Under the pieces are notes generated by a model. That model saw only the letters and a list, made by a program, of their open reading frames with translations. It was not told where the DNA came from and did no database searches. A stretch of 64,000 bases of DNA. Origin: an uncultured Acidobacteriota bacterium (GTDB taxonomy: Bacteria; Acidobacteriota; JAQAZP01). Below are positions 28,092 to 37,801 of the stretch, in pieces. Made by a program: the position numbers and the translations under genes. The stretch covers positions 1,504,001 through 1,568,000 of the forward strand of contig CAWIIB010000009.1 of the NCBI GenBank assembly GCA_963836075.1, read 5' to 3'. The stretch's first letter is position 1. The number at the start of each line of letters is the position of its first letter.

Positions 28092-30174
28092 GCGGCAGCA
28101 CCCGGTAGACTTTCACCGTTGGCAGGTCGAGTTCGAGGCGGACGTGTTCTGGGAGGGCGGCATACTCCGCGGTGAGGATCGGCAGCAAGCCCTTCATGTC
28201 TCTTTGCTGGAGAAAGAGATAGACGGGATCGGGCAGACCGGACAGCAGCCGCAAGGCCTCCGGTTTGTTTTTTCCCGGCTCGAGCAAACAGTGGGCCACG
28301 TCCAGTGCGTCCCCCAGCGGATCCCATTCACCGTTTGGCCGGGGGGTGTGGGAGGTTCGTTCCCCGACGTAAATCCGCCGGCCGGTCAGGGCCGACAGCT
28401 CCTCGTAATTTCGCTTCTTCGGCTTCTCCACCAGAACAGCTTCTGCTGCGGTCTCCTGCCGGATCCAGCCATAGGCCCGGGCCAGGTCGCTGTCCCGGTC
28501 CTGCAGAGTGATGAGGGGGGATCCGCTGAAACAGTAGCGGTTAACATCGGGTCGCCGAATCCGGTAAAAAGCGTTTAGACGGAGGAAGGGGCCGAGCAGA
28601 ATCAGCAATCCCAGGACCGTGGCAAAGACTGTGCGCGCGGTTTTCCCCGGCAGCCATTGCAGCCAGCGACCCAACTGGCCACCGGCCAGCAGCCCCAGCG
28701 GGATCGACATCAGGTAGAGGTGATACCAGTCGCACTTGACTTGCTGAGTGAGGAGAAACAGGGCGGTGGTCACCGCCAGCAGAACGATGAAGATATTCTG
28801 CCGGTCCCGCTCCCGGAAGGCCCGCACCGCCGCCGGTGCAGCGGTCAGACCCAGCGGGAAATAGAGCCAGACCAGGGCCAGAGTGATCTGCGTCTCAACC
28901 CGGGAGGTCACTCCTCCGCTTCCCGCCGACTCCATCCCCGGGAGCAGGTAGGGCAGGGCGGGCAGTGCGGCAAGGCCGAGGCAGACAGCAACACCGAAGA
29001 GGCGGGCCAGCGGAAAGCGCTCCTCACTCCGCTTGAACAGTTGTGCCAGGAGCAGGGCCAGGGGCATGGGCAGGGCGAGCACCACTGCCAGGACCGGGTG
29101 GACCAGCAGTGCGGTTGCCGTGCCCAGCAGGATCAGCAGATAGCCCTCCCGCACCTTGCCGCGAATGACCCGAAGCGCTCCGAGGATAGCGATCATCACG
29201 GCCACATAACCGGGGATGATGAAACTGAAATTGACCAGCTTGATGATGATCGAGCCGGTTCGGACACGGAGATGCTCGGACATGGATTCGGGGGTGAGGA
29301 GGAGTTGCAGCCCGGGGTGGTAGGCTCCGGTGAGCACCACCTGGCGCAACTCCGCTGAAGTGGCCAGGTGGAATATGTAGAGGAGGCCACCGCAGAGATT
29401 CATTCCCAAAAAGGCCAGCAAACCGGAGAAGGCCCTGCCGGCCGGCACTTGCCCCAGATCGCGAGCCAGGAGATACCCCACACCGAGGAGTCCGATAAAG
29501 GTGAGGAACCGGGATAGCGTCGCGGCGAGCGGCGGCGAGATGTTCATCAGCGCCGAGGATACGGCCGGAACAATCCAGGCCGGCCACTGGTATCCCGAGG
29601 CAACTCCGTAGAGGTGGGTGTTGTCCGGCGGGATCAGGCCGGCCATGACCTGGTTGATGCCGGTGCTGTGAAACAGCCCGTGGATATTGAGCATGTGCGA
29701 CGGCCCCTGGAGGTAGTAGACCGTGGTGATCAGAACCAGCAGCAGACCGGCCCCCAGGGGTGCCGCGGCGGGCCACTCGAATGGTGTGGCCGCGGCCTGC
29801 TTCTCCCTGCGCCGCGGCCAGCCGAGGGCGATGGTCAGGATCAGCCCGGAAACGCCGATCCCCATGGGCAGGGGCAAGCGGAGGAGGTTGCTGAATAGGT
29901 AGATCAGCAGGGTGACCACCAATGGGGAAAGGGCCAGGCCGCAGACGATGGTCTCCAGGGAATCGGGCCGGCGAAAGGTCACCGCAACCGCCACGCCGGG
30001 GAGGAAATGGAGCAGAATCATCCCGCAGATCAGCCGGCCCGGCTCGAAGTTGATGGCCGCATGGAAGAGGAGGAGGCCGGCAGCGCATAAAAGTCCGAGA
30101 AGGAACCAGGCCCGCCCGACGGCAGGTGATTGTCCCGTCCCTGCTGGAGATTGGTTCCACCGTCTTCTGGTCAT
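28084..30174 (-). CDS. Large polytopic membrane protein, probable GT-C-type transferase
   Basis: HFLPG, ALSP, HGLFH..IPPDN..YQW loop, LVHP, C-terminal AYGWIRQET..LSALTGRR soluble domain. Start may be 30222. Confidence 0.65.
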   Translation of the reverse strand: MTRRRWNQSPAGTGQSPAVGRAWFLLGLLCAAGLLLFHAAINFEPGRLICGMILLHFLPGVAVAVTFRRPDSLETIVCGLALSPLVVTLLIYLFSNLLRLPLPMGIGVSGLILTIALGWPRRREKQAAATPFEWPAAAPLGAGLLLVLITTVYYLQGPSHMLNIHGLFHSTGINQVMAGLIPPDNTHLYGVASGYQWPAWIVPAVSSALMNISPPLAATLSRFLTFIGLLGVGYLLARDLGQVPAGRAFSGLLAFLGMNLCGGLLYIFHLATSAELRQVVLTGAYHPGLQLLLTPESMSEHLRVRTGSIIIKLVNFSFIIPGYVAVMIAILGALRVIRGKVREGYLLILLGTATALLVHPVLAVVLALPMPLALLLAQLFKRSEERFPLARLFGVAVCLGLAALPALPYLLPGMESAGSGGVTSRVETQITLALVWLYFPLGLTAAPAAVRAFRERDRQNIFIVLLAVTTALFLLTQQVKCDWYHLYLMSIPLGLLAGGQLGRWLQWLPGKTARTVFATVLGLLILLGPFLRLNAFYRIRRPDVNRYCFSGSPLITLQDRDSDLARAYGWIRQETAAEAVLVEKPKKRNYEELSALTGRRIYVGERTSHTPRPNGEWDPLGDALDVAHCLLEPGKNKPEALRLLSGLPDPVYLFLQQRDMKGLLPILTAEYAALPEHVRLELDLPTVKVYRVLPLK

Positions 30175-30260
30175 TTTTCCCAGGACTCTATTACGACGTG
30201 GCGATGACGGCCCCTGGTGCAAAGGGCCGGCGGCTGGCTGAGTATAACACCGTGGTCGCT

Positions 30261-32213
<1,953 letters not shown>

Positions 32214-32509
32214 CTTGGCCTCCGCTGGTCAGGGATGGGGGTGCCCGAGAGGGGCTTTGCTAACGATTCCAACTTCTATTATGACGAATTGAGCAGGAAT
32301 TCACAGTGGGAGAGTCCGGTTTCGGGCCCTGAATGCCTGGTTTTCCGCTTTCCGGGGGGCAGGCGGCCCTTCAGACCCTTGACCATTCTTCAGTTTTCTT
32401 TACTCCGGCTTGACGCTGCTTAAGGGGCCCGGTGCGTCTAATGGGGTGAGTATGGCAAAGAGCGGGGCCGCAGTGGGCGTCCCCCCGCAACCAGTAAAGG
32501 AGAAATGCC

Positions 32510-33103
32510 ATGAACGGATTGAAAAGCAGTGTTCTGATCGTTGCCCTGGCCGCCCTGATGATCGTGTGCGTCCCCGTCATCGCCGACGACAACGGGGATT
32601 GCCCCCTGGGCCCGGGTGGCGGGCCGGGAATGATGGGGCACGGACCGGGCCAGATGGGGCCCCTGGGCCGCCTGGCCGATGAACTGGGGCTCACCGAGGA
32701 GCAGAAGGAGGAGATCCGGGCCATCGTGGCCGAGGAAATGCCCGCCGCCAGGGAACGGATCGAGGCGCGGGTGGCCGGTGTGCTCACCACCGAGCAGGTG
32801 AGCAAACTCGAGGATCTGAAGGCGGAACATCCGGCCATGACCCGGGGGGGCAAGGGCCGCGGCACGCGTGGCCCCGGCGGTCCGGGAGGCCCCGGTGCCC
32901 GGCTGGAGAGGATGGCGGAGGCGCTGGATCTCACCGATGACCAGAAAACGGCCATTGGCGCTATTTTCGCCGAAGCCGGCGAGGAGAAGCGGGCCGAGGT
33001 CCAGCGGAAGATCAACAGCGTGCTGACTCCCGAGCAGCAGGAAAAATTGGAGGAGCTTCACGGGCAGCGCCAGGCTCGGAAAGCCGAACGGCGCAGCCGG
33101 TAA
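32510..33103 (+). CDS. Spy/CpxP-like periplasmic protein (LTXXQ repeats)
   Basis: Signal peptide, Gly/Met-rich segments, LTEEQ/LTTEQ/LTDDQ/LTPEQ motifs; AAGGAG RBS. Confidence 0.8.
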   Translation: MNGLKSSVLIVALAALMIVCVPVIADDNGDCPLGPGGGPGMMGHGPGQMGPLGRLADELGLTEEQKEEIRAIVAEEMPAARERIEARVAGVLTTEQVSKLEDLKAEHPAMTRGGKGRGTRGPGGPGGPGARLERMAEALDLTDDQKTAIGAIFAEAGEEKRAEVQRKINSVLTPEQQEKLEELHGQRQARKAERRSR

Positions 33104-33127
33104 CAAAGAATGAGGTTTGGACGTTTC

Positions 33128-33160
33128 GGGCGGCGGCCGGTTGAGGCCGCCGCCCTTTTT
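33128..33160 (+). terminator. Rho-independent terminator
   Basis: GGGCGGCGGCC-GGTTGA-GGCCGCCGCCC-TTTTT. Confidence 0.88.
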
Positions 33161-33218
33161 GCATGATACCTGTACCCTCCGGCCATTCACGGTATAATGA
33201 AATCGGAGGTAGCAGAAT

Positions 33219-34967
33219 ATGAAACGCTGGAAAATGTGGATATCGACAATACTCCTGCTGGCCGTGGCAATTCCCGCCGGGGCGGGGCTGCCGGAGGACG
33301 ATCAGGAAGCGGACCGCTACGAGGAGAGCCTCGAGGTGCGGATCCGCGAGGTGGAGGTCTTTGTCACCGACAAGAAGGGCAACCCCATAAAGGGCCTGGG
33401 CAAGGACGATTTCAAACTCTTCGAGAACAAAATCCCCCTGGAGATCCTGAATTTTTACGCCATGGATGGCGGGCAACGGATCGACCCCGGGCCGGGCGAC
33501 CCGTCGCTGTTCGATGAGACTGCGGACGCGGCGCCCCGAGGCCCGGAGCGGCCGCCGATGAACCTGATCGTCTATGTCGACAACTACAACCTGCACCACT
33601 TTTCACGCAATCGCATCTTCGGAACGCTGAAGGACTTTCTCGCTGAGCATGTTCACGGCAACGACCGGGTGATGGTGGTCAGCTTCGACCGCGGGCTCAA
33701 TGTCCGCCAGCCGTTCACCACCGACATGGAGCTGGTGCGCCAGGCCCTGGAGGAGACGGAGCAGCTGAGCACCCAGATGAACTACCTTGACGACGAGCGG
33801 CGCGACCTGCTGGGCGAGATTGCCGGCTACGATCCCGGCTCCCCGTTTATCGAGTCCCTGGTGGGCCGGGTGGAGGCCTACGCCGATTTCGTCGAGCAGG
33901 ACACCAAATACACCCTCGGCGCCTTGAAGTACTTTGTCGGCGCCCTGGCCGGGATCAACGGGCGCAAGGCGCTGCTCTATGTCAGCGACGGCCTGCCCAT
34001 GGTGGCCGGCGAGGAGATGTTCTACGCCCTCGAGGAGAAGGTGGACAAGGCCGCCGCGGAGACCGGCAGCGGCACCGGGAGCCGGACCCAGGGGATGTAT
34101 CTCCGCTCCACCAGCCACGACGCCAGCAAGCTGTTCGACGATCTCACCGCTTTTGCCAGCGCCAACCGCGTCACCTTCTACACCGTGGACGCCGCCGGGT
34201 TGCGCGGCGGTGAAGGGAGCATCGACGTGGCCAACCGGGGCAGTGCCTTCACTTCCGGCATCGATTCCATCGCCCGGCAGAACCTCCAGGCTTCGCTGAA
34301 ATACATGGCCCAGCAGACCGGCGGCCTGGCCTTCACCAACACCAACAATTTCGACCGGGCGCTGGAACTGGTCTTCGCCGACATGGACAGCTACTACTCG
34401 CTGGGCTACAAGCCGATCTACAGTGCCGACAACCCCTACTTCAAGATCAAGGTCAAGACGAAGAAGCGGGGCCTCAAGACCCGGCACCGCACCATCTCCA
34501 TGCACAAGGGGCTGGGCGCCGAGATGGCCGAAGGGCTGCGGGCCACGCTGCTGTTCGGCCAGCCGGACAACGCGTTCGGGATAAAGATGGCCTTTGGCGA
34601 GCCGGAGATGAGGGGCAAGGACGACTACCTGGTGCCCACCATCGTCGCCGTGCCCATGGAAAGCCTCTTCTTCAACCCGGCCACCGGCTATCACGAGTGC
34701 CGGGTGAGCCTCTCCATCGCCGCCCGGGACGAACGGGGCTGGATGTCCACGGTGAGCGAGCCGCCGGTTCCGCCGCCGATCAAGGTGCCCGACGACAGCC
34801 TCGACGAGGCGCGTGCCGGCTTCTTCTTCTACAAGATGCTGCTGGGCATGAAGGGCGGGAGCCAGACCGTGGCGGTGGGTGTGCGGGACGACGCCACTGC
34901 TATCACCTCCTTCACCACCACCTCGGTGGAGCTGGGCACGGACTCGGAGGAGCAGCAGGAAGAGTAA
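33219..34967 (+). CDS. VWA-domain protein (Acidobacteria-type VWFA-related)
   Basis: Signal peptide; VFVTDKKGNPIKGL..DDF.LFEN; GRKALLYVSDG; LKYMAQQTGG; SYYSLGY; IKVK; GGAGG RBS. Confidence 0.88.
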   Translation: MKRWKMWISTILLLAVAIPAGAGLPEDDQEADRYEESLEVRIREVEVFVTDKKGNPIKGLGKDDFKLFENKIPLEILNFYAMDGGQRIDPGPGDPSLFDETADAAPRGPERPPMNLIVYVDNYNLHHFSRNRIFGTLKDFLAEHVHGNDRVMVVSFDRGLNVRQPFTTDMELVRQALEETEQLSTQMNYLDDERRDLLGEIAGYDPGSPFIESLVGRVEAYADFVEQDTKYTLGALKYFVGALAGINGRKALLYVSDGLPMVAGEEMFYALEEKVDKAAAETGSGTGSRTQGMYLRSTSHDASKLFDDLTAFASANRVTFYTVDAAGLRGGEGSIDVANRGSAFTSGIDSIARQNLQASLKYMAQQTGGLAFTNTNNFDRALELVFADMDSYYSLGYKPIYSADNPYFKIKVKTKKRGLKTRHRTISMHKGLGAEMAEGLRATLLFGQPDNAFGIKMAFGEPEMRGKDDYLVPTIVAVPMESLFFNPATGYHECRVSLSIAARDERGWMSTVSEPPVPPPIKVPDDSLDEARAGFFFYKMLLGMKGGSQTVAVGVRDDATAITSFTTTSVELGTDSEEQQEE

Positions 34968-34973
34968 TTACAG

Positions 34974-35050
34974 AATCGGGGACGTACATGAATATATGAA
35001 TATTTGCCTGCTCTAGGCAAATATTCATATATTCATGTACGTCCCCGATT
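34974..35050. repeat. Perfect 36-bp inverted repeat with 5-nt loop (REPIN/MITE-like) between convergent genes
   Basis: AATCGGGGACGTACATGAATATATGAATATTTGCCT-GCTCT-AGGCAAATATTCATATATTCATGTACGTCCCCGATT. Confidence 0.92.
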
Positions 35051-35056
35051 GCTTTT

Positions 35057-36307
35057 CTACTGCTGCTGGTGTCCGAACTCCGGGTCGCCGGGTGGCGACA
35101 GGATGTGGCAGAGGTTGCAGTCGAACAGCGAGCCGGCGCGCCCCTGCAGGGCCATCACGTTGTCGTTGTCCGCTTTCTCGCGCGAGGGCCAGATGGCGTG
35201 CATGCTGTTGTGGCAGCCACCGCACATCAGGCCGAAGTGCCCCCCGGTGAAGAAGCAGTCGCAGTCGGCCTGCGGCCCCTCTTCGTGGGGCGGGGGATGA
35301 CAGGCGTCGCAGTCCGGCTGGTCCACCCAGGGCTCCCGGCCCTCGTCGATGGAGGAGGCCACGTCCGAAATCCAGCCGTGGCAGTGCTGGCAGAGGATTC
35401 CCTCCTGGTGGCCCATGATCCCGCGGTTGAACTGTGCCTCCGGTCCGGGGTGGCAGGTGTAGCACGAGTCGAGGTGCGAATACTCCTGGTCGATGAATTT
35501 GTGCGAGTTGTGGATCACGTAGGAGAGCGACCCGGCGTCTTCTTCGCCGCCGAGGCCGGTCAACTGCTGGGCGTGGCACGAGGCACAGAGCATCGGCCGC
35601 TGGTCCGGGTCGTAGCCGCCGCCGGGCGGGTGCGACTGAACGATCTCCTCCTCGCTGGGGTGGCAGTGGGCGGTGGTACAGTTCACTTCCACCGACGCCG
35701 GCAGGGTGGGGGTGGAAGTGGCCAGCACGCGGCCGTCCAGGTCTTTCAGCACCACCAGGGCTTTCTGATAAGGCTGTTCCTCTGTGGGTGTCAGGTCGGG
35801 GAACGGCGTCAGGGGGATACCGGCGGCTTCAAAATACCGGCCAGGCTGCGGGTCAAAGGTGCCGCTGAGCCCCTTGCCGGTGAGCCCGGTGTCCGGCGGC
35901 AGGGGTGAGCCGTAAAGGGCTTCGGCCTGGTCCCAGAAATCGGTTTTACCGGCGGACCAGGTGTTGCCGGGTATGGAGTACTCAAGCACCAGGTCCTTGG
36001 TTTCGATCCGTGGCCAACTGGCGGCGACGCCGGGCATCCCGCTCTTGGACGAATCGTCGGTATTGCTGCGGTGGACCACCTGGGCGTGCAGAGTGCTGTG
36101 GGGCGGCATCAGCGACATCACCTCATGATCCCGGTTCATGAAGTGCATCCCGCGGTCGCTCCAGGCCAGCAGGACATAGTCGCCCGGGGCCGGGTCTGGG
36201 GGGGGTACGATGTCGCTCTCCCTGCTGGAGCCGGTCTGTCCCGCAAGAACCAGCAAGAGCAGGAACAGCAGGGCGGCAGCGGCTATTTTACCGATGGATG
36301 AACGCAC
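35057..36307 (-). CDS. Multiheme cytochrome c (6 CxxCH plus 1 Cx4CH)
   Basis: GTG start with GGAAGG RBS; signal/TM segment; CASCH, CYTCH, CQHCH, CDACH, CGGCH, CNLCH and CTTAHCH. Confidence 0.88.
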   Translation of the reverse strand: MRSSIGKIAAAALLFLLLLVLAGQTGSSRESDIVPPPDPAPGDYVLLAWSDRGMHFMNRDHEVMSLMPPHSTLHAQVVHRSNTDDSSKSGMPGVAASWPRIETKDLVLEYSIPGNTWSAGKTDFWDQAEALYGSPLPPDTGLTGKGLSGTFDPQPGRYFEAAGIPLTPFPDLTPTEEQPYQKALVVLKDLDGRVLATSTPTLPASVEVNCTTAHCHPSEEEIVQSHPPGGGYDPDQRPMLCASCHAQQLTGLGGEEDAGSLSYVIHNSHKFIDQEYSHLDSCYTCHPGPEAQFNRGIMGHQEGILCQHCHGWISDVASSIDEGREPWVDQPDCDACHPPPHEEGPQADCDCFFTGGHFGLMCGGCHNSMHAIWPSREKADNDNVMALQGRAGSLFDCNLCHILSPPGDPEFGHQQQ

Positions 36308-36374
36308 GAGTTTCCTTCCAGAGCACACTAAACCATAGTAATTCCTATAATGTATAGTATTTAAGTGGGGAACG

Positions 36375-37679
36375 TCAAGCCGGGGCGGGTCGGAGGGTGC
36401 CGGTGCGCATGCCCGTGAGGCTGCTGCCCAGGCGGCGTACAAAGGGCCCGTCCGTCCAGTAGTAGAAGTTGCGCATGAAGCAGCCCTTGCCCTGGCCCAC
36501 CGAGCAGAGCCGGGAAATGTGGGTGTCGGTCTCCGGATCGTGTTGCCAGCGCTCGCCCTCCGCGGCAATGCGGCGCATCTGAACCCGGACCTGCTGAAAG
36601 GAGTCACCGCGCCAGATTTCGGCCAATGAGCGGTTGTTCAGGTTGCCCAGCTCGTTGGCCTGGATCACGCAGCAGACCGGAACCGCGCCGCTGGCCTTGA
36701 CCACCAGTGAATACCAGGGCATGAGGCAGGAGTCGCCGTGGGCCCCCAGGCGCACGGTTGCCCGCTGTCTCCGCCTGAACCGCCAGTGGTGCCGCCACTT
36801 TTCACGCAGGGTGCAGTCTTCGCGAAGGGTCAGATCAATGAGCCGTTTCCAGTGCGGCACCCGGTCCCGCTCGACTCCGATCCGGGCGTTGATCCGGCCC
36901 ACCCCGTCCGAGAGATCCTGTTCCATGCTGTAGATACAGTCGATACGGCGGTATTCGTCCACCCGCACCAAATCCTCATAGAGGCCCATCATCTCCTCGG
37001 TCTCGCCGGGCGTCATCCGCTGTTCCGGCTTGAGAAAGGAGAGGCCGCTGAAGATGATCCGGTCGACACCCAGGGATACCGCCCGCTGATACATCCCGGG
37101 GAGCGTTCGGAAGTTTTCCTTCCAGACCGGGAAATGGACCAGGATCCGCGGTTTTCGCGAGCCCCGGCGGCGGGCCGCCACCAGGGCGCTGACGTTTTCC
37201 AGCAGCTTGCCATAGATCCGGCGCGGCATGCCCATCATCCGCGAGTAGTGTTCCTCGTCGGCCGCATTGACGCTGATCACCACCTGGTCGCAGCTGCCCC
37301 GCGCCAGCAGGCGGATGATCTCCGGGGTGAGGAGCACGCCGTTGGTGGTCAGGTTGGCGATGGGCAGGCCGGCCTGGTGGAGCATCGCCAGCAGGCGCGG
37401 CGCCTCGGAGTGGAAGAGCGGCTCCCCGCCGCCGTTGAGGCCCACCGAGCGGGTGCTTAGCTCTTTCATTTCCCTGATCAGTCGGTCCAGCCGGGGGAGG
37501 GGGATCTCGTCGGCCTGGCGGATATTCTGGGTGGCGCAGAAAAAACAGTTGATGTTGCAGCGGTTTGTGGGATGCAGCTCAACATGGTACGGACCGCCGC
37601 GGACGCTGCCGTTCTCCAGCCCGGCGAGAATCGCCCGCTTGTCCTCTCTCGTCAGGTGGTGCCAGCCCAGACCGCTCAT
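36375..37679 (-). CDS. Radical SAM protein with SPASM/twitch-like C-terminal domain
   Basis: TNRCNINCFFC, GGGEP, TTNG; CLMPW..V..SG.V.VCC..LGN..SLAEIW; GGAGG RBS. Confidence 0.9.
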   Translation of the reverse strand: MSGLGWHHLTREDKRAILAGLENGSVRGGPYHVELHPTNRCNINCFFCATQNIRQADEIPLPRLDRLIREMKELSTRSVGLNGGGEPLFHSEAPRLLAMLHQAGLPIANLTTNGVLLTPEIIRLLARGSCDQVVISVNAADEEHYSRMMGMPRRIYGKLLENVSALVAARRRGSRKPRILVHFPVWKENFRTLPGMYQRAVSLGVDRIIFSGLSFLKPEQRMTPGETEEMMGLYEDLVRVDEYRRIDCIYSMEQDLSDGVGRINARIGVERDRVPHWKRLIDLTLREDCTLREKWRHHWRFRRRQRATVRLGAHGDSCLMPWYSLVVKASGAVPVCCVIQANELGNLNNRSLAEIWRGDSFQQVRVQMRRIAAEGERWQHDPETDTHISRLCSVGQGKGCFMRNFYYWTDGPFVRRLGSSLTGMRTGTLRPAPA

Positions 37680-37801
37680 CGAAACCTCCGTTCGTGCCCG
37701 ATGACATTGTCCATGAAAACCGGGTCTGCCGTGGAGGCTGCTGCCGCCATATGATACACTCAACCGGAACTCACCTTTTCAGGCCGATCCGGAGCACAGC
37801 A

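Noticed and set aside
32410-32441. Promoter of the Spy-like gene (TTGACG; ECF-like CGTCTAA)
   Set aside because: The elements do not pair with correct spacing for either sigma70 or a clear ECF -35 box, so it is too weak to call.
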